Shown here: one piece after another, positions 30,092 through 41,291 of the stretch
How positions within the stretch are numbered: the stretch's first letter is position 1
Layout of the letters: every line of letters starts with the position of its first letter
Source: Bacteroidota bacterium
GTDB lineage: Bacteria > Bacteroidota > Bacteroidia > 2-12-FULL-35-15
DNA length: 64,000 bases
Direction of reading: 5' to 3'
Assembly: GCA_025963715.1 (NCBI GenBank)
Contig: JAOQAG010000026.1
Coordinates: 80,327 to 144,326 of the forward strand
Notes under the pieces: model-generated
Databases searched by the model: none
What the model was told of the DNA's origin: nothing
The model's input: the letters and a program-made list of their open reading frames with translations, nothing else
Translations under genes and position numbers: made by a program

Positions 30092-30110
30092 TTCAATCAT
30101 ACCCTTTTTC

Positions 30111-30144
30111 AAAAGCCTGCCCGGATCTCCGAAGCGGGCTTTTT
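30111..30144 (+). terminator. Intrinsic terminator
   Basis: AAAAGCCTGC-loop-GCGGGCTTTTT. Confidence 0.7.
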
Positions 30145-30438
30145 AACGCAGAGAACACTGAGTTAAAAGAGTTTCACAGAGAATGCAACACTCCGCGTTC
30201 TCTGCGCCTCTGCGAGAAATAAATACACAGCACCGCGAAAAACAGCATAGTCCTTCGCGAACTTTGCGTCTTCTCCCCGCCCTTTGCGGTTAAAAACACA
30301 CAGCATCACACAGCAAACCAATGAACCATTGAGCAAGTAAACCAATGAACAAACGTTTGTGCAAAAACTTTACAAATCCTCCGCACACAAGGGTTGGAAT
30401 TCAATAATTTTGTTCCTATAAATTCAAAACGTTTTTAA

Positions 30439-31443
30439 ATGAAAAAAATCAGTTATGTATTAGGATTAACAATAGCAATGTCTTTGTTTTCCTGCGTTCC
30501 ACAACGAAAACTGGAAGAAGAACAGGCAAAACGTAAAAGCTGCGAAAGCGAACTGGCCGACTTAAAAACAAAAAGCCAGGATTGCGATACACAGCTCACC
30601 GAAGCAAAAAAACAAATGGCGGATGATCAAAAGTCGATCAACGGATTACAAAAAGATACCTCCATTACCGGAACCAGCTACAGAAGTCTTACTTCCAAAT
30701 ACGACAAGCTGAACCAGATCAACGAACAATTACTGGATAAATACAACCGCTTGCTCGAAGGCAATATCGCCGATACAAAAAAATTATCCGGCGAGCTGCA
30801 AATGACACAGGAACAGCTTTTGAAAAAACAGGACGAGCTAAAAGCTCTTTCGGATCAGCTGGATGCAAAAAAGAAAGACCTCGATGCATTGACCGAAGAA
30901 CTTAAAAAACGTGAAGCGCGCGTTGCTGAACTGGAAGCCGTTTTAAAACAAAAAGACGATGCCACCAACGATCTGAAGAAAAAATTATCCGACGCATTGC
31001 TTGGCTTTGAAGGCAAAGGATTGACCATCACCCAGAAGAACGGGAAAGTATACGTTTCCATGGATGAGAGTTTATTGTTTGCATCCGGCAGCACTACGGT
31101 AGAAGCAAAAGGTGTGGAAGCACTAAAAAAAGTAGCAAAAGTATTGGAACAAAACACCGATATCAATGTAATGATTGAAGGACATACCGATGATATACCC
31201 ATGGCTGGGAAAGGCGACATCAAGGACAATTGGGACCTGAGCGTGATGCGCGCTACTTCCATTGTAAAGATCATTACCAAAAACAGTTCGGTAGATCCGA
31301 AACGCTTAACTGCATCCGGCCGCGGAGAATACTTCCCGGTTGATCCTGCAAAAACTGCAGAAGCACGTAAGAAAAACCGCCGTACAGAGATCATCCTGAC
31401 ACCTAAACTGGACGAGCTTTTCAAAGTGCTCGAAACAAATTAG
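30439..31443 (+). CDS. OmpA/MotB-like peptidoglycan-binding lipoprotein with a coiled coil
   Basis: Lipobox LFSC and a long coiled coil. Motifs LLFASGS, IEGHTD, NWDLSVMRA and NRRTEI. Confidence 0.9.
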   Translation: MKKISYVLGLTIAMSLFSCVPQRKLEEEQAKRKSCESELADLKTKSQDCDTQLTEAKKQMADDQKSINGLQKDTSITGTSYRSLTSKYDKLNQINEQLLDKYNRLLEGNIADTKKLSGELQMTQEQLLKKQDELKALSDQLDAKKKDLDALTEELKKREARVAELEAVLKQKDDATNDLKKKLSDALLGFEGKGLTITQKNGKVYVSMDESLLFASGSTTVEAKGVEALKKVAKVLEQNTDINVMIEGHTDDIPMAGKGDIKDNWDLSVMRATSIVKIITKNSSVDPKRLTASGRGEYFPVDPAKTAEARKKNRRTEIILTPKLDELFKVLETN

Positions 31444-31889
31444 GATTTTGGATTTTGTTATTAAGGATTAAGGATTGGTGCTGCCCCTGAAACGTTTAAA
31501 TGCTAAAAAATTATTATTTAGAATTTAAATCTTAAAGTGTGCAGGATCAATTCCCCTCTTGAGAGGGGCCAGGGGTGTGTTCTGCGAGAAGCATAACAAC
31601 TATTAAACTTAAATAAAAGCATCATCATAAAATTAACCGTCATCCCGCACGTGTTGCGGGATCGGTTATTTAAAAGCAGTTCAACATTTGTATTAATTTG
31701 TAGCCAGTAGATGTAACATTTTAAAAAAATTACGTTATCCTCTTAAAACAGCATCTGCGTGCAGCAAACTTTAAACTTTTGAACTTTAAACTTTGAACTA
31801 ATTTTTAGCAAATCCACAGATTCGTTCCTGTTCGTTATCCGTATAGTAAACTTTTGAACTTTAAACTTTGAACTTTGAACTTATTTATA

Positions 31890-33620
31890 ATGAAAAAAAT
31901 CCTCTTTCTTTTATCCATTCTTCTCCTCACAAAAATGTCGGTGGCACAGCTCGTAACCGAATACTGGGACATTGCCCAAACAAAAAAGAAAAGTGAGCAG
32001 AACATGAAAAACGGGATGCAGGACGGAAAATACATCGCCTGGTACGAAAACGGAGAAGTTGCCAAAGAAGGAATATTCGACAACGGAAAAGAGAACGGTA
32101 AATTTATTTCCTATTATCCCGGCAAAAAACCAAAATCAGAGGAAAATTATGTGAAGGGGGAAAAAGATGGCGCATGGAAATACTGGTACATCAATGGAAA
32201 CAAAGCACAGGAAACATTTTTTAAAGCAGATAAAGCAGATAGCACCTGGACCGGCTGGTACGAGAACGGAAAAGTAAAAAGCGTTGAAAATTACAGCAAA
32301 GGCAAAAAAGAAGGCAAATGGACCTACTACTTCGAGAACGGACAAAAAGAAAGCGAAGGCACCTTTACCAATAACCTCGAAGAAGGTAATTATACCGGCT
32401 GGCATAAAAATGGTAACAAGCAGCGCTCCGGGTCCTACTTAGCCGATAAAAAAACCGGCAGTTGGTACGAATGGTTTTCCGATGGAAAAATGAAGGAAGA
32501 GTTACTTTACAAAGACGATGAAGTGCTCATTATGAACCTTTGGCTGGAAAGCGGGCAACAGATGATCACCAACGGCAACGGCACCTTCACCATCGTTTAT
32601 GATACCGGCAAAAAGAAAGGCGAAGGAACCTACAAAGATGGCCGAATGGACGGCGAATGGAATTTCGTCCTCCCTTCCGGAGAAAAAGATTACACTATAA
32701 TTTACGCCCACGGAAAAAAGAACGGCATGTGTACCAATTGGTTTCCTAACGGTAAAACAAAAAGCGAAGGTCCGTTTGTAAATGATAAAAAGAACGGCTA
32801 CTGGAAATGGTATAAAGATGATGGAAAGATCGCAATGGAGGGAACACTCGCCGATAACCTCCGCACCGGAAAATGGATGTACTGGTTTGCAAACGGAACA
32901 AAAGAATCCGAGGGATATTATAAAAACGATTTAATGGACAGCCTCTGGGTCTATTCCTACAACACCGGAATCAAGTGGAAAGAAGGCATGTACAGGGAAA
33001 ATTTCAAAGAAGGTACCTGGACCGTTTGGTATGAAAGCGGACAAAAATTACAGGAAGGCAGCTATACAAAAGGGAAAGAAGAAGGAACCTGGCAATCATG
33101 GTACGACGGCGGCATCCTCAAAGATGAAGGTACTTTCAAAGCCGGTATCATGAACGGAAAATGGACTGGCTGGTTTCCTACTACAAAACCCAACTACGAA
33201 GGATCATTCAAAGACGGATTGAAAGACGGTGCCTGGAAATATTATTTCGATAAAGGCATGGTAAAAGAAGAAGGTTTTTACAAAGAAGGCAGAAAGGACG
33301 GACACTGGATCTTCTGGACGCCCTATAAATTTAAGGATAGCGAAGGAGATTATAAAGAAGAGAAACCGGATGGCTTGTGGACCTATTATTATGAAACCGG
33401 TGTAAAATCAATGGAACAAACATTTAAAGATGGTAAATTGAGTGGCCCCTGCAGTTCCTGGTACGAAAATGCCCAGCTGAAAAGCACCACATCCTACACA
33501 CTCGTCAAAGAAAAAAGCGGGCGCATGGAAAGTAAGCCCAACGGAAAGTGGAGCTATTTTGACAAAAATGGCAAATTAATGATGGAAACAACCTATAAAA
33601 AGGGTGTAAAAGTCGAATAA
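31890..33620 (+). CDS. MORN-variant repeat protein (YwqK-like), exported
   Basis: Signal peptide from ATG 31890. More than 20 repeats of ~24 aa resembling GxWxxWYENGxxxxEGxYxxGKK. Confidence 0.85.
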   Translation: MKKILFLLSILLLTKMSVAQLVTEYWDIAQTKKKSEQNMKNGMQDGKYIAWYENGEVAKEGIFDNGKENGKFISYYPGKKPKSEENYVKGEKDGAWKYWYINGNKAQETFFKADKADSTWTGWYENGKVKSVENYSKGKKEGKWTYYFENGQKESEGTFTNNLEEGNYTGWHKNGNKQRSGSYLADKKTGSWYEWFSDGKMKEELLYKDDEVLIMNLWLESGQQMITNGNGTFTIVYDTGKKKGEGTYKDGRMDGEWNFVLPSGEKDYTIIYAHGKKNGMCTNWFPNGKTKSEGPFVNDKKNGYWKWYKDDGKIAMEGTLADNLRTGKWMYWFANGTKESEGYYKNDLMDSLWVYSYNTGIKWKEGMYRENFKEGTWTVWYESGQKLQEGSYTKGKEEGTWQSWYDGGILKDEGTFKAGIMNGKWTGWFPTTKPNYEGSFKDGLKDGAWKYYFDKGMVKEEGFYKEGRKDGHWIFWTPYKFKDSEGDYKEEKPDGLWTYYYETGVKSMEQTFKDGKLSGPCSSWYENAQLKSTTSYTLVKEKSGRMESKPNGKWSYFDKNGKLMMETTYKKGVKVE

Positions 33621-33638
33621 ACGGAAATAAAGGAGAAT

Positions 33639-34037
33639 TTATCTTCTCGCTTTTATACCGTGTCCGTGAGCAGCATGTCCGGCATGGCCGTGATTATGGT
33701 GTTTCTTCAACTCCTGCTGCTTCAGAATATAACGTTGCTTCTCTTCGAGTTCGCGCTTATTGCGCTTACGAGCCATCACAGTAGTACTCCAGGCAATAGC
33801 AATTACAACGGCAAACCCAAATGCCATGTACACGTAGCTCATGATCTCGTCATGCCTGTCTTGCTCCAGCTGTTTCGCATTCGCAGACATATTATTTTTA
33901 AAATTGTCGATAGAGGGACCATCGCTTTGTGCAAACAGCTGGTTTCCAAACGATAGTACGAAAAGGAGAGATAACGAACAAACGTATGAGATCTTTGTTA
34001 AACCATTGTTTACGGAGTTTTTAAGTGAGTTTTCCAT
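33639..34037 (-). CDS. Hypothetical membrane protein with a His-rich C-terminus
   Basis: Signal-like segment, one TM helix, basic/His tail. TACATTTG promoter at ~34118-34125 (-). Confidence 0.65.
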   Translation of the reverse strand: MENSLKNSVNNGLTKISYVCSLSLLFVLSFGNQLFAQSDGPSIDNFKNNMSANAKQLEQDRHDEIMSYVYMAFGFAVVIAIAWSTTVMARKRNKRELEEKQRYILKQQELKKHHNHGHAGHAAHGHGIKARR

Positions 34038-34240
34038 AACATGTATTTTTTAGATAAAACATTCGGGGACGGGTATTATTGCTAACATTTATTAGATTAA
34101 GCCAAATTTTGTTCCGACAAATGTAATGCATTTACCTATTAAGACGAAAACTTATGCTGAATAGTTGCCAGAATTATTTTTTTTTATTAACAAAGTTTTA
34201 CGTATATTTGCATCCGAAATTATTTAGAAGCGAATTTTAA

Positions 34241-34269
34241 GAGGGGACCACAGTCCCCTCTTTCTTTTG
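34241..34269 (+). promoter_or_regulatory. Terminator-like leader hairpin (attenuator) of rimP-nusA-infB
   Basis: GAGGGGAC-CACA-GTCCCCTC-TTTCTTTT lies between TATATTTG (34203-34210) and the rimP ATG. Confidence 0.6.
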
Positions 34270-34280
34270 TCACCATTGAA

Positions 34281-34745
34281 ATGATCAAAGCAGATACCAT
34301 ACAAAAACTGGCAGAAACAAAGCTTGCCGAAGGTACCAACTTCATTGTTGATATCGTAGTGAAGCCCGGTAATAAAATTACCATTTTGCTGGATAACGAC
34401 AATGGCGTTTCCATTAATGATTGTATTGCCATGAGCCGCCATGTGGAAGCGGGACTGGACAGGGAAGTAGAAGATTTTGAATTGAATGTGATGTCGCCCG
34501 GATTATCCGAGCCATTCAAGATCCTGCGCCAGTATCAAAAAAATATCGGCAAGCAGGTAGATGTAGTTACCACCGAAAGCGGAAAGCTCAGTGGAAAATT
34601 ACTTTCGGCTACTCAAAAAGGTATTGAGCTGGAAATCAAATCGAAAGAAAAAACGGATCCTAAAAAAGGAAAACAAGTAGTAATAAATAATATCAGTTTA
34701 ACATTTAATCAAATAAAAAAAACGACAGTTGTAATATCATTTTAA
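34281..34745 (+). CDS. rimP: Ribosome maturation factor RimP
   Basis: Motifs GVSINDCIAMSR and FELNVMSPGL. Upstream of nusA. Confidence 0.93.
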   Translation: MIKADTIQKLAETKLAEGTNFIVDIVVKPGNKITILLDNDNGVSINDCIAMSRHVEAGLDREVEDFELNVMSPGLSEPFKILRQYQKNIGKQVDVVTTESGKLSGKLLSATQKGIELEIKSKEKTDPKKGKQVVINNISLTFNQIKKTTVVISF

Positions 34746-34757
34746 CACTTAAACAAA

Positions 34758-36008
34758 ATGGAAAGTATCAATTTAATTGAATCCTTCTCGGAATTCAAAG
34801 AGATTAAAAACATCGACAGAGCTACATTAATGAGCATTATTGAAGATGTATTTCGCAGTATGCTATTAAAAAAATATGGTTCGGACGATAACTTCGATAT
34901 CATTGTAAACCCTGACCGGGGAGATATAGAGATCTGGCATAACCGCGAGGTAGTAGATGATGAGTTTGCTGAAGACAGCTTTGATTTTGAAGAAGCAAAA
35001 CACATCGGTTTAACTGCTGCTCAAAAAATTGATGCGGACCTGGAGATCGGCGAAGAGATTACTACTCCTGTTAAGTTGGATGATTTTGGAAGACGTGCAG
35101 TACTTGCTGTTCGCCAGAATTTGGTTTCCAAGATTTTAGAACTGGAGAAAGACAGTATCTACAAAAAATACAAAGAGCGTGTGGGTGAGATCATGACCGG
35201 TGAAGTGTACCAGATCTGGAAAAAAGAATTACTGATCCTGGATGAGGATGGCAACGAATTATTATTGCCGAAATCAGAGCAGATCCCTTCCGATTTTTTC
35301 AAAAAAGGAGATACCATCCGTGCCGTTGTGCAACGTGTGGATATGAAAAACAATTCACCGATCATCGTATTATCGCGTACCTCTTCTGCATTTCTCGAGC
35401 GTTTGTTCGAGCTGGAAGTGCCGGAAGTATTCGACGGTTTGATCACCATCAAAAAAATTGTGCGTGAACCGGGCGAAAGAGCAAAAGTTGCTGTTGAGTC
35501 TTATGACGATCGTATCGATCCTGTTGGAGCCTGCGTTGGAATGAAAGGTTCCCGGATCCACGGAATTGTACGTGAGTTGCGTAACGAGAATATTGACGTG
35601 ATCAACTACACCAGCAATGCGCAATTGTTCATTACCCGTGCATTAAGCCCGGCTAAGATCACTTCGGTGAAAATCGATGATGAGAACAAACGTGCAGAAG
35701 TCTTTTTAAAACCAGACCAGGTGTCGTTGGCAATTGGCAAAGGCGGACACAACATTAAACTGGCCGGAAAATTAACCGGTTATGAAATTGATGTATACCG
35801 CGATACCGATGTAGATGTGGAAGATGTGGATCTGGAAGAATTTGCAGATGAGATCGAAAGCTGGATTTTGGATGAATTAAAATCCGTTGGCTGCGATACT
35901 GCAAAATCTGTATTGGAGCTTTCTATTGATGAGCTTGTAAAACGTACCGACCTGGAAGAAGAAACTGTGAAAGAAGTTCGCAGCATTTTACAGGCGGAAT
36001 TTGAGTAA
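34758..36008 (+). CDS. nusA: Transcription termination/antitermination factor NusA
   Basis: S1 and KH domains. Motifs REPGERAKVAV, DPVGACVGMKGSRI and AIGKGGHNIKLA. Confidence 0.98.
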   Translation: MESINLIESFSEFKEIKNIDRATLMSIIEDVFRSMLLKKYGSDDNFDIIVNPDRGDIEIWHNREVVDDEFAEDSFDFEEAKHIGLTAAQKIDADLEIGEEITTPVKLDDFGRRAVLAVRQNLVSKILELEKDSIYKKYKERVGEIMTGEVYQIWKKELLILDEDGNELLLPKSEQIPSDFFKKGDTIRAVVQRVDMKNNSPIIVLSRTSSAFLERLFELEVPEVFDGLITIKKIVREPGERAKVAVESYDDRIDPVGACVGMKGSRIHGIVRELRNENIDVINYTSNAQLFITRALSPAKITSVKIDDENKRAEVFLKPDQVSLAIGKGGHNIKLAGKLTGYEIDVYRDTDVDVEDVDLEEFADEIESWILDELKSVGCDTAKSVLELSIDELVKRTDLEEETVKEVRSILQAEFE

Positions 36009-36114
36009 ATTGTGCTTGCCGTTAACATGTATCCGTGCAGGTATTAATTTTGAGTGGATACATGTTAACAATTAGCCTGTCTGTGTTAGACAGGTAACGA
36101 TCTTAAAAAATAAT

Positions 36115-38997
36115 ATGTCAGAAAACAAAGTACAGAAGTTAAGTAAAGTTGCTAAAGAATTCAACGTTAGTATTGGGACTATCGTGGATTTCCTGAAAGG
36201 CAAAGACATTGCTATTGAGAACAGCCCGATGGCCAAAGTGCCGGATGAGGTTTATAGTGTTCTGCTGAAAGAGTACCAGTCGGAAAAAGCCGCGAAAGAA
36301 GAAGCGGAAAAGGTTTCCAACAGTACCAAAGCTAAGAAAGAAAGCATTTCCCTGGATCTTGATGCCAAAAAACCGGAAACGAAAAAAGAGGAAGAAGAGA
36401 TCATCATTAAAAATGTTCAACCTGTTGAAGTTGCTGCACCCAAAGAAAAAGCAGTAGTGAAAGAGGTGAAAAAAGAGGAAGAGCCCAAAAAAGAAGAAGT
36501 TGCCGATGAGGTCATTAAAGCCAAAACGGAGTCGGATGTAAAAGTAAAAGTGGTTTCAAAGATCGATCTTGATGCATTGAACACCAAAACCAAACCCGAC
36601 AAAAAAACCAAAGCTGAAAAGGACGAAGAGAAAAAAACAACCGCAAAAGGAAAAACAAAAGCTTCGAAAGAAAAAGAAGAAGTAATTGAAACGCCGGTTG
36701 TTGTTGAACCACCGGTTGTGGAAAAAACGCCGGTTGTGGAACAACCAACTACGCCGGAACCGCCAAAAGTAGATTTCTACGAAACAAAAGTAGAAAAGCT
36801 GGAAGGTCCTAAAATTATGGGTAGAATTGAATTACCTGTAAAAGAAGAACGTAAAAAACCGGTTGCCTCCTCCTCTGCTGCTAACAGCAACGATAAGAAA
36901 AAACGCAAACGTATTAAGAAAAGCTTTGGCGGCACCACCATTGGTGATGCATTACAGCCAAAAACCGGCGCTGGTACAGGTGTACCGCTGAGCCAGGAAA
37001 GCAAAGAAAAAAAATACGGCGACCGTCCGTTAGGAACAGGCGCTTACAATAAAAACAGGAGCACAAGCGGCAACGCACGCGGACCTAAAGTAGAGCTTAC
37101 GCCGGAGCAAATCCAGGCGCAGATCAAAGAAACGCTTGCACGCTTGAGCGGAGCAGGAAAATCAAAAGCATCCAAACACCGTAAGTCGAAACGCGACATG
37201 GTGAGCGACAGGATCCAGGAAGCAGCGGATCAGACAGAAGCAGACAAAAAGATCATTAAAGTAACCGAGTTCGTTTCTGCGAACCAGTTAGCACAAATGA
37301 TGAACGTACAGGTGAACGAGATCATTTCGACCTGTATGAGCTTAGGTATGTTTGTTTCCATCAATCAGCGACTGGATGCCGAAACCATTGCCATTGTTGC
37401 AGAAGAGTTTGGTTACCAGCTGGAATTTGTGAGCGTTGAAGTACAGGAAGCCATCAAGGAAGAAGAAGATACCGAAGATCAGTTGGTATCCCGTTCACCG
37501 ATCGTAACCGTAATGGGTCACGTCGATCACGGTAAAACATCCTTGCTGGATTACATCCGTAAAGCCAATGTAATTGCAGGTGAAGCCGGTGGTATCACGC
37601 AGCACATCGGTGCATACAATGTAACACTCGAAAACGAAAAAACCATTACCTTCCTCGATACACCGGGCCACGAAGCGTTTACCGCGATGCGTGCACGTGG
37701 TGCGCAGGTAACGGATATCGCTATCATTGTGGTAGCGGCCGACGACAGCGTAATGCCTCAAACCATTGAAGCGATCAATCACGCACAGGCTGCGGGAGTT
37801 CCGATCGTTATTGCGATAAATAAAATTGACAAACCCGGTGCAAACCCGGATAAGATCCGCGAAGCATTATCACAAATGAACATCCTTGTGGAAGAGTGGG
37901 GCGGAAAATATCAGTGCCAGGAGATCTCTGCAAAACAAGGGCTCAACATCGATGCTTTATTGGATAAAGTATTGCTGGAAGCAGAAATGCTGAACCTCAA
38001 AGCAAATCCTGATAAAAATGCAACCGGAACTGTTATTGAATCCGAGCTGGATAAAGGACGCGGTTATGTAAGTACTATTCTTGTGGAAGCTGGAACACTG
38101 CACGTTGGAGATACGGTGTTAGCAGGTTGTTTCAGCGGTAAAGTAAAAGCGCTGAACAATGAGCGCGGACAGGTTGTAAAAGATGCAGGCCCTGCAATGC
38201 CGGTGATCTTGCTTGGTTTAAGCGGTGCGCCACAGGCAGGTGATAAATTCCATGTGATGAGTGATGAGCGTGAAGCCCGCGAAATTGCTGCAAAACGTTT
38301 GCAGTTACAACGCGAGCAAGGTATCCGTACTCAAAAACACATTACACTGGATGAGATCGGAAGACGTTTGGCGATTGGTGATTTCAAAGAATTGAACGTG
38401 ATCGTAAAAGGTGACGTGGATGGATCAGTGGAAGCATTAGCCGATTCATTACAAAAATTATCTACTGAAAAAGTACAGGTAAAGATCATTCACAAATCCG
38501 TGGGTGCCATCAGCGAATCCGACGTATTGTTAGCTTCGGCTTCCAATGCGATTATTATCGGTTTCCAGGTTCGTCCTTCCGGAAGTGCGCGTAAATTAGC
38601 AGAAGTAGAACAGATCGATATCCGCTTATATTCTATTATCTACAAAGCGATCGACGAGATCAAAGCTGCAATGGAAGGTATGTTAGCGCCTGAATTTGAA
38701 GAGAAAATTGTTTGCAACATCGAAGTGCGTGATGTGTTCAATATCACCAAAGTGGGAACAATTGCAGGCTGTTTTGTACTCGACGGAAAAGTTACCCGCA
38801 ACACCAAAGTACGCGTAGTACGCGATGGTATTGTAGTGCACGATGGCTCACTGGGTTCATTGAAACGTTTCAAAGATGATGTGAAAGAAGTGAACAGAGG
38901 ATTTGAGTGCGGATTGAACATCGACGGTTTCAACGACATCAAAGTAAACGATATCATTGAAGGTTACGAAATGGTGGAGATCAAAGCGAAATTGTAA
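36115..38997 (+). CDS. infB: Translation initiation factor IF-2
   Basis: Motifs [30 protein letters not shown] and [12 protein letters not shown]. Confidence 0.98.
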   Translation: MSENKVQKLSKVAKEFNVSIGTIVDFLKGKDIAIENSPMAKVPDEVYSVLLKEYQSEKAAKEEAEKVSNSTKAKKESISLDLDAKKPETKKEEEEIIIKNVQPVEVAAPKEKAVVKEVKKEEEPKKEEVADEVIKAKTESDVKVKVVSKIDLDALNTKTKPDKKTKAEKDEEKKTTAKGKTKASKEKEEVIETPVVVEPPVVEKTPVVEQPTTPEPPKVDFYETKVEKLEGPKIMGRIELPVKEERKKPVASSSAANSNDKKKRKRIKKSFGGTTIGDALQPKTGAGTGVPLSQESKEKKYGDRPLGTGAYNKNRSTSGNARGPKVELTPEQIQAQIKETLARLSGAGKSKASKHRKSKRDMVSDRIQEAADQTEADKKIIKVTEFVSANQLAQMMNVQVNEIISTCMSLGMFVSINQRLDAETIAIVAEEFGYQLEFVSVEVQEAIKEEEDTEDQLVSRSPIVTVMGHVDHGKTSLLDYIRKANVIAGEAGGITQHIGAYNVTLENEKTITFLDTPGHEAFTAMRARGAQVTDIAIIVVAADDSVMPQTIEAINHAQAAGVPIVIAINKIDKPGANPDKIREALSQMNILVEEWGGKYQCQEISAKQGLNIDALLDKVLLEAEMLNLKANPDKNATGTVIESELDKGRGYVSTILVEAGTLHVGDTVLAGCFSGKVKALNNERGQVVKDAGPAMPVILLGLSGAPQAGDKFHVMSDEREAREIAAKRLQLQREQGIRTQKHITLDEIGRRLAIGDFKELNVIVKGDVDGSVEALADSLQKLSTEKVQVKIIHKSVGAISESDVLLASASNAIIIGFQVRPSGSARKLAEVEQIDIRLYSIIYKAIDEIKAAMEGMLAPEFEEKIVCNIEVRDVFNITKVGTIAGCFVLDGKVTRNTKVRVVRDGIVVHDGSLGSLKRFKDDVKEVNRGFECGLNIDGFNDIKVNDIIEGYEMVEIKAKL

Positions 38998-39020
38998 TTT
39001 TTTGTTTTGAAAAATAAATT

Positions 39021-39052
39021 AAAAATGCCTTGCAGATTGCAGGGCATTTTTT
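39021..39052. terminator. Bidirectional terminator between convergent genes
   Basis: AAAAATGCCTTGCA-GAT-TGCAGGGCATTTTTT. Confidence 0.85.
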
Positions 39053-39066
39053 GTTTTAAATTCTCA

Positions 39067-39669
39067 TTATTCTACTGGTCGTTTATAATCGATGCCAAAT
39101 TTTTTTGCATATATTTCAAGCGACTCCAGCCCTACCTGAGCTCTTCGTTTATTTACAGTTGCTTCATTTTGTATCGGAGCTATTCTGTTTAAACCGGTAG
39201 TTTCATCTTTTATGACCTGGCTTCCGTAGATCTGCCTCCCAGTCTGTACTAAAGTAACCCGGTCCTCCAGCAAAGCCCACTGCGCTCCTTTTGCTTTGTG
39301 GTTCATCACCGCCTGCGTCATCATCGGTAAATATTTTTCCTGCGTGCGGAGATCTGCGTGCTGGATCACTAAAAACAAAGCGGTATTCCCTTCTTCACCC
39401 ACTTCATCAACACCAAGCCAGCCATATTTATCAAGTATTGCTTCCACTTTTATTAAATTAAAATAATCATTTTTCCCCATTTGAGATGCATCGTCCATTG
39501 ATCCCTGTCGATATTCCTGATCGCTTTTTAAAATTGCATTTAGTTGAACACTTAACGTTTCGTTTAATTTTGTGACAGGCTGTTGTTCTGTAACAACAGG
39601 ATTCCTGGGTGCTGCATTACAGCCAAAAAGAAATGCAATTAAAATGAATGCGGATAATTTTTTCATCAC
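39067..39669 (-). CDS. DUF6624-like lipoprotein
   Basis: Lipobox LFGC. Motifs DQEYR, YGWLG, LVIQHAD, LEDR...QIYGSQ and VNKRRAQVGL. Confidence 0.75.
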   Translation of the reverse strand: MMKKLSAFILIAFLFGCNAAPRNPVVTEQQPVTKLNETLSVQLNAILKSDQEYRQGSMDDASQMGKNDYFNLIKVEAILDKYGWLGVDEVGEEGNTALFLVIQHADLRTQEKYLPMMTQAVMNHKAKGAQWALLEDRVTLVQTGRQIYGSQVIKDETTGLNRIAPIQNEATVNKRRAQVGLESLEIYAKKFGIDYKRPVE

Positions 39670-39761
39670 GGTTTCATTGAATTTATACTTTTCAGAAAGT
39701 TACGAAAAACAAAAACGCATTTAAAATAAGATCGAACAAATACTTTTGTAAATTGCCTTTC

Positions 39762-40427
39762 ATGAAACTAAAACTGAGATTCTTCCGCATCATCCTCGTC
39801 ATTATCCTGTCAGGATTTATTTTCGGGACCATCCATTTTTATTACAATGCCATTTACATTCCAAAACAATTATATTCACAAGCACTGATCGCCGAACCGG
39901 TTGATGTGATCATTATTCCGGGTGTCCCGTACGATGGCGGCAAATGGGGATTTATCATGAGATGGCGCGTATACTGGTCGGTATATCTGTACAAAACCGG
40001 CCGCGCAAAAAACATCATTTATTCCGGATCGGCCGTGTACACGCCCTATACCGAAGCAACCATCATGGCCTTGTACGCCGAAAAGATGGGCGTTCCCAAA
40101 GCGCACATTTTTACCGAAACAAAGGCACAGCACACCACTGAAAACTTATACTATTCGTGGCAGATAGCACAGAAACAAGGGTTTAAGACGGTTGCATTTG
40201 CTACTGATCCTTTTCAATCCTACAAAATAGCACCTTATATTCCAAAATTCAACCTGAATGTAACCCTTATCCCTATGGTCATTCCGATCATGGAGCAGCT
40301 AAAAATGCAGGATTATGAAATTGAATCTGCGAAAGCCTATCAGCTGCATTTTGTTTCTATCCGGGAGCGGGAAACGCCCGAACAGCAGGAGTTTTACTCA
40401 AAGGGTGGAAGAATAAAAACTAATTAA
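39762..40427 (+). CDS. YdcF/SanA (DUF218) family membrane-anchored protein
   Basis: N-terminal TM helix. Motifs DVIIIPG, IIYSGS, EATIM, ETKAQHTTEN and TDPFQ. Confidence 0.8.
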   Translation: MKLKLRFFRIILVIILSGFIFGTIHFYYNAIYIPKQLYSQALIAEPVDVIIIPGVPYDGGKWGFIMRWRVYWSVYLYKTGRAKNIIYSGSAVYTPYTEATIMALYAEKMGVPKAHIFTETKAQHTTENLYYSWQIAQKQGFKTVAFATDPFQSYKIAPYIPKFNLNVTLIPMVIPIMEQLKMQDYEIESAKAYQLHFVSIRERETPEQQEFYSKGGRIKTN

Positions 40428-40530
40428 AAGCGGATTTCGGAAGTTCAAATTCGGAAGTGTGTGAACCGGCTCAATTCCCCTCTTGAGAGGGGCTAGGGGT
40501 GTGTTTTGAATTTCAATAGCGTGACAAAGC

Positions 40531-40968
40531 TTATTTTTTATCCGCAGGAACCGGCGTATCCAGATCCGGGAACTCAATATCATCCACCACAATAAAGGCA
40601 GCAGGAAATTCCGTCTGCACTTCTTTTAAAAATTTATAGGCTTCCAGCTTGGTCCTGAAATCGCCTACGCGGATGTTAAAATTCGGCTGATCATATTTTT
40701 CATAAGCAGGCACACTCGCAAAACGTGCAATGAATTTTGCTTTCACCTCTTTTGCTCTTGCCTTGTCGGTTCCCGAATGGATCTTGATCCTGTACCCTTT
40801 GATGTTTGCTTTGGAATTGATCTCCACTTGCTTGTCCAGCAATTCCCTGATGCGCTGATCCTGCACCAGCTCTATCTTTCCGGTATCCGTTACAGGCGTT
40901 TGCGCGAACGAGAACGTGCGGAAAACACATAAAAAAAAGAGGAAAAAGGAGGTCCGGATAATGGTCAT
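40531..40968 (-). CDS. SPOR domain protein
   Basis: Start reassigned to ATG 40968 (signal peptide, TACCTTTG at 40985-40992). Motifs GYRIKI and QPNFNIRVGDFRTKLEA. Confidence 0.85.
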   Translation of the reverse strand: MTIIRTSFFLFFLCVFRTFSFAQTPVTDTGKIELVQDQRIRELLDKQVEINSKANIKGYRIKIHSGTDKARAKEVKAKFIARFASVPAYEKYDQPNFNIRVGDFRTKLEAYKFLKEVQTEFPAAFIVVDDIEFPDLDTPVPADKK

Positions 40969-41291
40969 AATTTTAAAACTGGAACAAAGGTAATTTAATA
41001 AGCAATTCGGATGTTTGATTTTTATCAAAAAAATAAATTTTTGGTCATTATAAAAGTTCGACAAAATATTGATTTTACTGGACAAACCATCCTTTTTAAT
41101 TGCCGGTTCCAGAGCGGGGATTACATAAAAAACATGCCACTTATTTAGAATCAATATAAATTAAATGATTTTTATAAAATTTTGGCTTTTTTTGAATCAG
41201 CAATAAGTCTTTCTTATAAATTTGTCCGCGAGTAAAAATACTCCCCCGGCTAATCGGGCCATTCAACGGAGCTAAATAGTTAAAAATCAAT

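Noticed and set aside
30439..31443. MotB as evidence of a flagellar motor
   Set aside because: It is a lipoprotein without the MotB TM Asp motif, and no motA is nearby.
31890..33620. YwqK-like protein as an antitoxin
   Set aside because: No adjacent toxin gene. It has a signal peptide and generic MORN-variant repeats.
40969..41154. N-terminal extension of the SPOR ORF (likewise the starts at 10179, 21351, 31875 and 39753)
   Set aside because: These extensions cross promoter or repeat DNA or use weaker start codons. Downstream ATGs give cleaner N-termini.
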